Source: Raillietiella orientalis
Taxonomy: Eukaryota
Assembly (NCBI GenBank): GCA_036172245.1
Contig: JAYWIR010000003.1
Span: 1,984,001-2,048,000 of the forward strand
DNA: 64,000 bases
Direction of reading: 5' to 3'
Notes under the pieces: model-generated
Seen by the model: the letters and a program-made list of their open reading frames with translations, nothing else
Database searches by the model: none
Told to the model about the DNA's origin: nothing
Shown: one piece after another, positions 13,463 to 26,399 of the stretch
How the letters are laid out: every line of letters starts with the position of its first letter
Position numbering within the stretch: position 1 is the first letter of the stretch
Made by a program: the position numbers and the translations under genes

Positions 13463-15200
13463 ATGGAAATGAAGAGCTTGGATTTTTCCTTGTGGTGGTT
13501 GTTTCCATTGTTTGGATCTATATACTTGATATTTTGTCCCTATACTAAAGTGGAAGAAAGCTTCAACCTTCAAGCAACTCATGATATATTGCTTCACACC
13601 AAACACCTAGATAAAGTATAGCAGTTTCTATTTAAGGTCGTTTTCTATGGGGGTTATAGTATGATCATTTAGAATTTCCTGGAGTTGTGCCACGTACTTT
13701 TCTGGGACCTATAATGCTTTCATTTTGTTCATATCCATTTGTTACATTATTGCAAACAATGGGGTATTCCAAATTCTACATTCAGTTTACAGGTATTTTG
13801 CAGAAAAGACTTGATGTTATTTTTTATTTTGTGAAGTTCGAGGCATTCTTTTGGTTGGAATGTCCTTAGCATACTGGAGGTTTTCAAAAACTGTGCAGCG
13901 TTTGTTTGGTGCTGATACAGCAAAATGGCTACATTTGATCACTGCTTCGCAGTTTCATTTTCTGTTTTATGCCAGTCGAACACTTCCCAATACTTTGGCT
14001 CAATTTTGGGGTAAGATAGAAAACTTGAAAATCATAAAATTTTGTAGTTTTATGGGCATTTCATTATTGGATGCTGGGAAAACAAGATCAGTTTTTATGT
14101 ATGGCTGGGATTGCATGCCTTTGGTTCCGTAGTGAACTTTTCATTTTGTTGGGTATATTGCTGTTCCAAGGAATACTGCGATCCCAAGTTTCCATTCAAA
14201 GGTTAGTCTTGCCCATCCCAAGTTTTATCTAATTTGATCATTCCCAGATTATTGTGGAAAGGGATTATATTAGCTCCTATATTGATAAGCATCTCTTTGA
14301 TTGTAGATTCCATATTTTGGAAGCGTTTTGTATGGCCAGAGGTTGAAGTCTTATGGTACAACACAGTGCTCAATCAGAGCCATAACTGGGGTGTATCCTT
14401 GCATCATGATGCTAAAAAGTTTTTTTCTAAGCTCAAGTCAGACCTTGCCTTTTTTCTGGTACTGGTATTCAGCACTACCTCGAGCTCTCGGAGTAGTCTT
14501 GCCTCTGGTTGCTGTAGGACTACTACTTGATCATCAAATGATCCTGTGGCTACTCCCATCACTCTCTTATATCTCATTGTATTCCTTTTTACCCCACAAA
14601 GAGTTGCGCTTCATTATGTATACAGTGCCTATCATGAATTTAGTAGCCGCAAGGGGGTGCACACTTCTTATTCAGTCATCTTATAAGTGGAGGATCATTT
14701 TATGGACACTTCTACAAGGGAATCTCATCATAACATCTTTGCTACTGTATGTATCTTCTTATAATTATCCTGGTGGCATTGCAATGATTCGATTGCATAA
14801 CCATGTGAGTCCAGTGCAACCAGTGAGAGTGCACTGGGATAATTATTGTGCTGAAACTGGTATCAGTCGCTTTCTGGAAATGCATTCTCAGTGGAGGTGA
14901 GAAACATCCATCACTTTATATACCATGATTACTTTTTGCTCATATAGATACAACAAAACAGAAGGCCTTGCTCCCATATTTCTAAAAAACTTTACGCATT
15001 TGCTAGTGGAGGCCAAAGGATCTAAAGAAATCAAAGATTACCTCAAAGATTCACATGTTGTTGCAGATGTCATTGAGGGATTTGGAAATATTGCTACAAA
15101 TTGGTCCCAGTTACCTCCTTTCTCGATTTTATTAGAAAGCAAAGTGTTGCTATTGGAGCAAAAGGGTTTGGGATGGGGAATGAAAGTTGGTCATAATTAA
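13463..15200 (+). CDS. ALG12: Dol-P-Man:Man7GlcNAc2-PP-Dol alpha-1,6-mannosyltransferase
   Basis: [91 protein letters not shown]. Exons: 13463-13615, 13660-13792, 13837-14010, 14048-14201, 14248-14392, 14442-14896, 14948-15200. Confidence 0.96.
14393..14441 (+). other. U12-type (minor spliceosome) GT-AG intron, 49 nt
   Basis: 5' end GTATCCTT is the U12 donor consensus. Branch-like TTTTCTAAG has its As 11-12 nt before the AG. Removal restores SHNWG|TLPFFWY. Confidence 0.8.
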
Positions 15201-15249
15201 TATGTAATTTAGCATGCATCTTTTGCAGGCACTGCTTTGATCAATAACA

Positions 15250-16014
15250 ATGGGAGTAAGTATTGGTAAATGGTTTGAAGGCTAATACTTGAAATCTTAA
15301 TGTCTTTTTTTCAGAGAAGTGGTCAGAAGCGAAAGTACGCAGCTATGAAAAAACTTATCAGCCTCCGTGACCCAAGAATGTAAGGAAACCTGTGATACAA
15401 CAGTGGTTTAAATATCTTTTAGAAAAAAAGAACAGCAAGAACCCCCAAAACAAAAAGTTACGTTAAACAAAAAGTTAAACAAAAAGAAAGCTCCTGAAGA
15501 GACTAAAACTCGTCATGTGTAAGTTAGTTTTCAGTTTGCTTGTTTCTTTAATTGTTTTTTTAGGACTAAAGTGTCTAGTGCTTTATTTTTCAAACATAAT
15601 ACTCAGCTAGGCCCACCATATCACATTTTGCTAGATACTAACTTCATCAATTTTTCTATAAAGAATCGGTTGGATGTATTGCCCTCTCTCATGGACTGCC
15701 TTTATGCAAAATGTGTGCCCTATGTAACAGACTGTGTCATAGGAGAGCTAGAGAAGTTAGGTGCTAAATATCGAGTAGCACTTCGTATCGCTCTTGATCC
15801 TCGTTTTGTGAGATTGGCATGCATGCATGCAGGCACTTATGCTGATGATTGTTTAGTACAGCGAGTTACTCAGCATAAATGTTTTATTGTAGCAACATGT
15901 GATAAGGATTTGCGACGTCGTTTGCGCAAGATTCCAGGAGTTCCCATTATGTACATATCTCGGAGAAGATACACAATAGAGGGCATGCCTGATGCTTTTG
16001 GTGCTCCTAAATAA
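15250..16014 (+). CDS. FCF1: rRNA-processing protein FCF1/UTP24, PIN-domain nuclease
   Basis: [78 protein letters not shown]. Exons: 15250-15255, 15315-15379, 15423-15518, 15564-16014. Confidence 0.97.
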
Positions 16015-16043
16015 AATACACCTCATGCTTGGTACCAGTTTTA

Positions 16044-16793
<750 letters not shown>

Positions 16794-19700
16794 GATCACA
16801 AATCCGGATTCTAATAAAGCACTACTAATTATTGAAGTTCGGTAAACTTTGTCTAGGTATCATTTTTAGCTTTCAATATATATTATTAGTTACAAGTCTG
16901 TTTACAATCTGCGCGTAAAACATGAGCTAAACGTTATATTCTATCAAAATAACAGGATTATTAATTTGCCAGTGCTTTCAATATCGATTAATAAAAATCA
17001 ATATACCAGAGTCCTAAGTGTCAACTATTGTTTATATCCAAATGTAATTACGTTTAAAGGTTTTTCATTGGATTTCAGGCTTTTCTCATTACTCGCGACA
17101 CATGGCTAATGCATATTTTCAAGCCTCCACAAACAAAATATTGTTCTTTAACGTACACTCACAAAACTAAAATTTTTTGCTAGCTACATTTTCAAATATA
17201 GAAAAACTGTACAACTTTTTCATGTAATACTCATACGACTACAGACTTAGTCGGTGTGGTTTGTACACACAGGCAGGATTTTCCAGCAGGTTAACTAACG
17301 TCACCTATTTCGCGACGAAAAGAAAATCTTGTTTCAAATACACTTTCATTAATGTACCATGATAGTTAAAACTATAATTTGCAAAACAAAAGATATTAAT
17401 CACATCGTGAAAATAAGAGTGTGAAAAACTATTTTGTATTTCAACACTGGGGATAATTTTATCAACATTGAACTTTTTTATTATACAGAACCCATACGGT
17501 AGTAAACCAAACTAACACAAAACATGAATACATAACCACTACATATACATATGTATATGTACACAAGTCAGTATATGTACAAACATAGCTCTGAACATAT
17601 GCACACATACAAAGAATTCAAATTTATGTAAGTTTCTGATAGAAAGAAAATCAGAATTGTCTAAGATCCGAGTTAATATAAATTTTTTGATTTACCCTGA
17701 AAAGAAACAAAGCCAAAATGATTTCATGCTTCATTAAATCATTCCACATATTTCCCTCAAAAGATATATAATGAGTGATCCACAAATAGTAGCAAAAAGG
17801 AGGAACAAAGAAATTTGCAAACAAATCTCACCAAATTAAGTTCGTTACGATTTACTTTCACCATATATAAAAAAACAACGATAATTTGCTACCTAGTCAG
17901 TTTGTTTGTAGCAGACAGAGATCTAAACACTGTTTTATATCTTAGAGATTCTTCCAAAATCATAAAATATGTGAAACAGCAGTATTTTATTAATTTTAAA
18001 TCTGAAGGTAAACATTATGAGATAAAATCTGCACATTATCTAAAAAAACGGAACGATGCAGCAGTTACTTATTCTAAAATAAGTCACATTTATAAATTGT
18101 GGCATGAAAGTGGCATGAGCTATGAAAGTTTACAATATGATCAATTACAAAGTTTGGAAAATGAAAAGGAATAGCAAAATATACTTCAAGATTTAATTTT
18201 TGTACAACCGCTGCGGATGAGATCGGAATTCTCATAATTGGTTATCTTCAAATACATATTCCTAGACTGTTACTCTGTGATAAATTGAAATCACAAAAAA
18301 TTTCCTCAATGATTCGTTGATTGAGAAAAAGAGAACCATACAAACTAATCATATTTATGTGGTGCCACTATTATCTTATAGCGATTTGTTTCATATCAGA
18401 TGTATTAAATGATTTTTTACTAAGTGTGTGCAAAGGGCTGTTAAAGGAAACGTGTAAAAGTTGAGTTGTAAAATTCAATGGCTTCCTAAAGTTTGGTACG
18501 TTTCTATTTTCTTTGTTTGATCAATTAAAAAGGTGTACAAATGATGTTATTAAGTATGCGGCAAGGAACAGAAATACCCATGATTCAAAGATAAGTAACA
18601 TGCTAACTAGTAATGCGAAATAGTAATTACTGTATCATTATCTTTAGAGAACATACAGATTACAAATAGCGGCTTTTCAAAATAAAAGCAAACATCATTT
18701 TTTCTACCAAAGGACTGAACGATGCGAGCAGAGTATTATTTAAAAAGATTTCATTATTTAAAAAGCTTGAAGTACCTTGGAGCTTAAAATGGCTATAAGC
18801 TTAAAGAAGTCGACCGTGTACTTAGGTATTTCTGTGAACCTGCTTGCAAATGGATTGTTCACTGATGAGGACATTTGAATCCTCATTCTTTGTACCTTGT
18901 GAAAGTACATGCATTATTTGTTAAATCAGGATGAAATGTAGTATTTTAGTTCATTAATCTTTTATTAGAAGTAATATTAATGGCGTAAATATAATGTCTC
19001 AAAGCAACTCTAAAAGGAATCATGAATAATGTTTTTTTTTCTTTTTTCTCTTTTTATATGTTTTTTATTTTATGTTTTTTTACAGATGTATTTGTAAAAA
19101 CAAACCTCATCTTATTAAGCCCATGCCTTCATCAAAATCTTTAACTACTCTAAAAGATTTTAATTAAGAAATGAAAACCAAACCTTCATTTCCAACTTTT
19201 CATTAGCATTTTTTTCCAGGTTTGATGGGTCTGCTTAGTTGTTTTGAGTACCAAGACTTAGATCACTGATGAATTCATTACAACAATTTCAATTGGTTTC
19301 ACGCTATGATTTGCTATCATAATATCAGAGAAATTTCAGAGCAATGCTGTCGTACAAGATTCCAGACTTAATGAAATAATAGGAAAGTAATCGGAAAATG
19401 ACTTATATGACTTACATGCTTTTAAATATAAACATGAGCGGGACTAGATTTACGTAACAAAAGACCTCGGTTGAGAACAACTTTAGGAGAGAAAAAAATA
19501 ATGGTTTACTATCGTCTGTCCTTGATTCAGAATTTCGTATGATTTAAAATGAATGTCTTATTGTCGATAACTCTTGTGCGTTTCTCACATGCAGCAACTT
19601 TTTGAACGTGCAATGTACAATCTCAACTTAATTATTCGAGTTTTTGTTTGCTTATAAAAATTTTAAACCATTATTATAGGTTTGCAAGACCTGAAAACTT

Positions 19701-21048
19701 TGCATGCATTCACGAATTAATTTACAGTCTAAATCTAAACACCAGAGATCGTCATATCTTGTTCATTTGTAGTTGGCAATAACTCGATCAAAATTAAAAT
19801 TTCCATAATTACTGTTACAACAGTCCCGCATTAAGCGATAGCCCAATTAGTTTAATTTCTGATAATGGTAGATCTGCCACTCTAAGATTCAATTAGGTAG
19901 AACTTTTCAAGGCAAGATCAGGTGGGGGTCCGGAAAGTCTGAATTGTGGATTGACTCTTAATCTAGCATGGAAGAATGATCAAAAGGAAACGAATAAAAA
20001 AATTTCCGAGATAATAAATATGATTATTGCAAATTTAAATGTTTTGGTTATTTTCCTTGGGAGGATACCGATAAATGAGGATTCTCGCTTTATGTCTTTT
20101 CCCCAGAGGAGTCTATTTAAGATTGTGGATCTAGGAGATTGTATCACCTGTTCCACATTCTTTTGAAGTATTAGGAGATGAGCATAAAAATGATTTCAAA
20201 TCTGTATACAAACAAGAGTCCTTCAGTTTTACCACAAACCAGACAATGAAATAACCAAGACGTTGCTGGTAGCATGTACAAATTTTTCCACGAAAACTTA
20301 AATGATCATCTAATGATAGTTATTTGAATGAAGTAAGCTATAGTTTCCTGTGAAACGAGAACAAATATCAGCTCCTACTTCAACTACTGTATCATCGATA
20401 TCATGATGGCAAGGATTTTTATACAAATTGGCTTATAAAAATCTTATTTTGCATTAATCTCATTTTGAATCTGTATAAAAATAGCATGGAAAATTTTATC
20501 AGAGAGGTTGATAGCGAATTGTAGGCGTCTTGTTAGAAAGTGGCCACAGTGAATGTGCTGGCATATCTTACAGCAGAATTGCTCCCAAATGTGACAACCA
20601 CTTCATGCTGTATGTAAAAAAAGGTAACTATAAAAATAAAGTCATCGCGTACACTAAAATTTTACCTTTTATGAACTTATGTATTAACAGTTTCAAGGAT
20701 GAATTGTTAACGAGATAAATCGAACGTTAATGTGCTGTAATGTTTTAGTTTTAGTAATTACAAAAACACAAAAAAACTGTTTTATTTGGTTGAGCTGTAT
20801 TGTCGAGCATTGATTCGTCTATGTTTATTGTTTTATCGGCATTATTACGACTTTTTTTACCACCCTAGAGTGCTTTAATTTTGCCTTTTTGTATGTATTT
20901 GATTTCTTGGCTTGTTAAAGAGCTAGAGTTAAAGTAATTTTCGAACAAGTAACACGTTTATTTCACAGGCAAAACGAAATCATTGAACTTAATGTGTTGA
21001 ATATTGATGTAGTAAAGTTACATTTTTTGAAAATATTTGTTAGGTGAA

Positions 21049-22866
21049 ATGGAACGACCCTGTAAATTTAGTGTTGGAGGTAATGAATCTGAAAATGAAG
21101 GGAATTTCGGAAAGAACATGCCAAATGAAAACAACTCATCAAAAGATGCCGATGATGAAGACTTTTGGATGCAAAGTGCAGTGCAAAGCAGTATTTTCAA
21201 TGAGGAAAATGTGCAGGCCTTATAATGAATCTCAGATAAAAAAAATAAATTTAATGCATAAATAATAACATTTTTAATTAGTCTTAATTTTTGAAAATTT
21301 ATAGCACTTGCATATGTAATTGTAGGATTCCTGGATTGGTTCAGATAAGAAATCTTTGACCTCATTGGATGCAACTTTTAATGTATCTCAGGGAATATCA
21401 TATCATCAAAGGAGTTCCAGTAGTGGAAGTATTAAGTTGACTAAAAGCGTTATCACTGGTCATCAGGTAATTATGATTGAAAACTATGATTGTGAGTCAA
21501 GTAGAACTACAATTGTTATGAAACACAAACAACCCACAACATTTTATCTGATCCATGTGAAGAATTATCTAATAGTAAACTACACAAGGAGGTAGCCAGG
21601 AAAACAGTGTATCAGATTCTTCATGGAGCCCCCTATGTCCTGGAAGACTATAAGAGTTTGGCCCATAAACAAGCATTGTTGAATGCTTCAGTCAGCTTGG
21701 GTGATGGAGATGCCATTCTGGTGGTAGGTGAAATGGCCAGAAAATCACATTGTGTAGTGTGTTATGTTTTTAAAAAGAACATTGAAAAAGTCGCTGTTTG
21801 CTCAGGAGCTAAAGAAACATCCTTTGGCTTTAGCCCATTATTTACAGTACTTGAGGGAAAGAGGGCTATTCTCACAGCTGTTAGACTTGCTGAAGTAAGT
21901 TCTTTTTTTGTTTCTCAAACTCATATGAGATCAGTATTCTAGGATACAGAAGTGAAGCAGCAGTAAGTGGGCATAGAAGTATGATACTGTATAGTCCTGG
22001 TAGATGATAGAGTTGGAAATCGCACTGCACCAGTCTTTGCCAAATAGACTCCAGTCTCTAAGGAAGGTGTATGAAGCCCACTTGCGAGATAATTTGGCAT
22101 CCAAGTTTGAAGCTCAGATGATTCAGGACAGCATCCTGCTTCTTGGTAGATAGATGAGAATGGTTTTGATTAAGCATAGCATCTCAGAGTTGCAGCCAGT
22201 TTTGGAATCTGCCTGTAATACTTCTGATGCTCTGCTTGGTTTGCCTCTTCTGCCAACAATTTTTTTTTGTTGCCTTCACTTCTGGGATCAACCCCAAGGA
22301 CATCTGGGGAGTCCCCATCTCTTGAAGGCAAAGTTCTCTCTATCAGAAAAAGAATTTAACTGGCAGGTATTAAGTGCATTTGTTAAACTGCAACAGTGGC
22401 AGCAAGTAAAAGAAATGTTGTTGACCAAGGTAAGTAAAGTTACAGAGCTGATATGTGAAATAATTGTATGTTGCAGAATCTGTTGGGCTCTATTAGATTG
22501 AGAACACAGTTCCCTATCCAAAATATTATTCAGCTACTTGCAAATTCAGAAGTTCCCAAGGAGTTATTAGCATCTCTGTTACAAGCTAGTGATCTCAGTT
22601 TGGAGGATAAGCTAAGGTTGGCTTCTCGTTTGAAATGCCATAGCTTTGCTATGGAGGTCAGTCCAACTCAGCTGCATGTTGATGTTACAGTCTGCTAGAT
22701 CTTAGTTGCGCAGAAGGACAGGATCCAACTTCAGGAATACCAGAAATTGCTTGTGAAGAACTCAGTTGAGTGGCTGCATGCTGAATGGCTATTACAGCAG
22801 TTTGTAAGATTAGAACCCAAGTGATTTTAACTCAACTGTTAGCAGGATGCAAATACCAAATCCTAA
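21049..22866 (+). CDS. VIPAS39: VPS33B-interacting protein / SPE-39 / Vps16B
   Basis: DDEDFW N-terminus, PYVLEDYKSL..KQALL...GDGDAILVCVMFLKRTL, YCCL-like FFCCLHFWD, SP..LK.KF.LSEKEF.W. Exons: 21049 (or 21118) to about 21210/21216, 21326-21466, 21505-21723, 21758-21894, 21935-21962, 22004-22145, 22188-22429, 22477-22656, 22699-22803, 22846-22866. The first donor is uncertain. Confidence 0.88.
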
Positions 22867-23238
22867 CATGCAGCATCTTGGCGATTTCTTAGAGGATAGG
22901 AAGCTAATGTTAGATGTTCCCAGATGAAATTTCCACAATTGAGTTTGATTCGACGAAAATCGATTTTCAAATATCCTTGCTCAAAAGGATCAAGTGATTT
23001 TTCTTAGAAAAACAGATTTGCATAAACGATGAAACAGAATCATGATCCCCCCCAAAATAAACTTTTGTAGGTTTCAAATAAATTGCATGATTTTTTGAGA
23101 TGAATATACAAATGAGGGAAACCTTATTAATTACTTCGGAAAGCATTGCATATTTTTTGAAATCTTACCAGTGCTTTTGTAACAAAACTTTGTATATTTA
23201 GAATGCTAGCAGAAAGTGGTGGGAGCACACTTAAAAAA

Positions 23239-23304
23239 GTCAGTTTGCCCCCAGATTCGAAACATGGGCCTTTCGAAAATGTCACTCGGGACTATATCAC
23301 TGGC
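23239..23304 (-). pseudogene. tRNA-like Pol III element (tRNA pseudogene or SINE head)
   Basis: Minus strand: GCCAGT...ACTGAC acceptor-stem-like ends, B-box-like GTTTCGAATC, immediately followed by TTTTTT. The cloverleaf and anticodon cannot be resolved. Confidence 0.3.
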
Positions 23305-24949
23305 GATCAAATTCCTTTAATAAACTAAGCATCCGTTAACTAAGAATCTGTATTGAGATACAAAAAGCGAATAAGCGCTCAACGTAAGTGTAAGCAGTTG
23401 GAAGCACTATTCTTCATGATGTATTGAAACATGATTGTAGTTTTTGTCCACAGTGCTGTCGGATGAGAATACCCCATTGTGATTCATGAGTGTTTATGAA
23501 AGCTGATCTGTGAATGGGATGCAAATCATATTTGTTTTTCGCCCGGAACGCGATGTTGGGGTCGCATTGTGATTCTTTTAGAAGAGTGCTGAGGGTCCTT
23601 TCAATTGCAAAAGTGTTGACGAGTGGTGGTCACCGATGCGAAGCAGCATCGCGACAGTGTTTCTCGCACATCTGGCCTACCTGCAAATGCAGCAGCTCGC
23701 AGAACTTCGGTAATCGACATGTGTGCATTCTTCTGAGAAATAACACAGCACAGAAGGATTTTTCACCATGTCAACTGCAACTCGATATTAGCTTCTCATT
23801 ATGGTTTGTAGCTCTAGTATTCCTTTGAAAAATTTGTGAGCAAAGGCTTCACTTCTCACTTCCTTTTTTTTTTTTTGGTTCTGTTCGCAGTGCAGTGTCC
23901 GATTAAGCTACATTTATTTGCACGTATCCTCTCTAGAGGAATTGCACTTTGTTTGCTAATGTAGTGCTTTTTGATTATCACTGGTTTATTATTCAGTGTT
24001 CGAGACACAAAAAAAAAAACGGAAATGAACAAAGGGAAAGGCATTCTTGTGCAGAAAACCACTTTGTAAATAGGAACCGTACCTTCGAATGGGACACCTA
24101 TGATTAGGTATAAAAGCAGTTTGAATATTAAATTCACTATGATGTTACAAGTGCTACCTCATTTTAAATACCTGGGTATGACAGTTTTGTGCACTTTATT
24201 TTAACATCGAAATGTTTTAAGTTGGAATACAAAAATGTAGAGATCCAGTTCAGATATTGCACAAAAGAGCCAAAATGACATTCAAGGAGTAACCCGAAAT
24301 ATTAGCAAAGCAAAGTTACCAGTCACGAGATTCAACAAAATAGATAATTTCAAAGGATCAGAGTAAATTAGCTAGAAATATCATCCACCTTGGTTTGTAA
24401 GTTCATTTTTAATGTGATATGCAACCTTTGGTGTAAAACGATGTGGTTCAAATTAGGAATAAGCAAAGAATTCCATTTTTTAAAAAAAATGCGTTTATTA
24501 CATTTAATCGATACATACATGTCATTAATTCTACAAACGAACATTCAATGCTTTCTGCTGATAACAGTCACTTGCGTTTCCAGAGGGAAAAAAAAACTTT
24601 CATCCATAGGGTAATCCATTAACCATTTCATGTACATTTTACTTTCTTTTTGCAAGATACTGTACTTTCGTTAAACTTCTGAAGAATTAAAATATATATA
24701 TATATATTGTTAGCTAATAAACTTTATAGCCCGCAAATCCTTGATTGAAAGATTGTTCCCGAGTAATGCAACAACAACAGCAATGATGCCGTTACAATAA
24801 GTTCAATAATTGCAACTTTGAAAAAAAAAAGAATCAGCAGTAGGAGAATTAAATCAAGAGCGATATGCTTAATGCTTAATTTACAGTTTGCAGCGATGAA
24901 TGAGCAATTTTTTCTTCGAGCAAATCTCTGTTTAGTTTCGAAAACCAGA

Positions 24950-25300
24950 TTCGGTCAGATGCATTTAGATATGAGTTGTATCATTTCCATTTTCACTACA
25001 ACGAACATGCAAAACCTGAGGGAAAGTGTTTGGGGGCATAATTTTGGCAAATATGTTGGAGCACACGCCTTTGGCGTTGAGAATTCCTGTGGATGACCAC
25101 AGGATTGTCCTGACGCTTTATTGGAACCTCTCAGGACAAGCTCATATGTTTTGGATATTTTTTCGGGTGTTGAGGTACATGCATCCCTTATCCCCGGTTT
25201 ACCCTTTGTTTGGTTAGGATAACATGGCTTTACATTCCTGGAATGATCAAAGATTCTCACAAACCAGTGGATACAAACTGTGATCCACATTAAATGATGC
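24950..25300 (+). mobile_element. Decayed DIRS-like RT fragment
   Basis: Frameshifted reading gives PVDDHRIVL...VLDIF...SLIPGLPFVWLG, matching the DIRS RT order YxDD ... KSxLxP..xxWLG. Confidence 0.35.
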
Positions 25301-26399
25301 GGTATTACGTCAACGATCATTAACACTGCTTGCTAATGAATTGGCATTAATTATTTGGAAATCAATGAAATACCTCAGTTCAAATTACACCATGGATGAA
25401 CTCTTAAAGAAAAAATTTGGACCTGAATTATGCGTGCGTGAAATATGACCGATTTTTCTAGAGTTTCCAGAGAGTTCTCTTGTTTCCAAACAGAATGCCG
25501 AATTCTTTACTTTTTGTTGATACCTACTGGTCACAGTGCACGAACACGAGAAAAAAATATTTATTTGTTTGTTTGTTTTTAATTTCAATGACACCACATC
25601 GTTCAGCGTATTGAAATAGTAATTTTCGTAATTAGAAAAATGAGCAAACCTCAAATGGAGCTTTACAATCACATTTTTAATGCTAAGATTACGTTCCTGC
25701 TTTGCTTATATTAAGATCATTTGGTTTGATCCTTATGCTAGAGCATTTTAAGGTGACGAAAAGCATCATAGGTAGCGAGATGTAGCGTAGGTAGAAAGGA
25801 CACTACGGAAGCAGACACATTCCGTATGTGTGCCCTTTGACATTCTTTGTTTTCGCAGAGTCCAGTTTGATAGGAGAAAAAAAAAGGAAAGAAGAATCGT
25901 AAACAAAACATCCCTTTATAATCTCTTAAAGCCGGTGATGGGTGGCTTGTTGAGAGTAATTGCTCCTAATGATTCGTGATGTGGTAATAGATCGGAGTTT
26001 CCAGTTGTATGCAAATGGAAGCAAAAATTTCACCTATTGCAAATTCGAATTTTCAAATGAGTACTTCTGTCACTGGTACCAGATTCTGAAAACTGTAATT
26101 CGAAGACTAGGAAATGATTTTCAACTAAATCACAGTGCAATAGTAACAATTCCACGATTAATAAACCAAATGAAAGATACTTTGACTCCGTTTCCTTTAA
26201 CGTACCGTAATTCCTTTAACTCTGGATGCAATTCAGAGTAAATGGCATATAATTTTGAAATGTAATTGTGAAATAATTATCATAATCATCTCAGATGTGC
26301 CATTCTGGATAGATTTACTACGACGATAATCAGTCATTTGAAGAAGGCCGTGGTCCTGAAAGATCTGTACATCCCCTGATACATTTCCTGAATCATACG

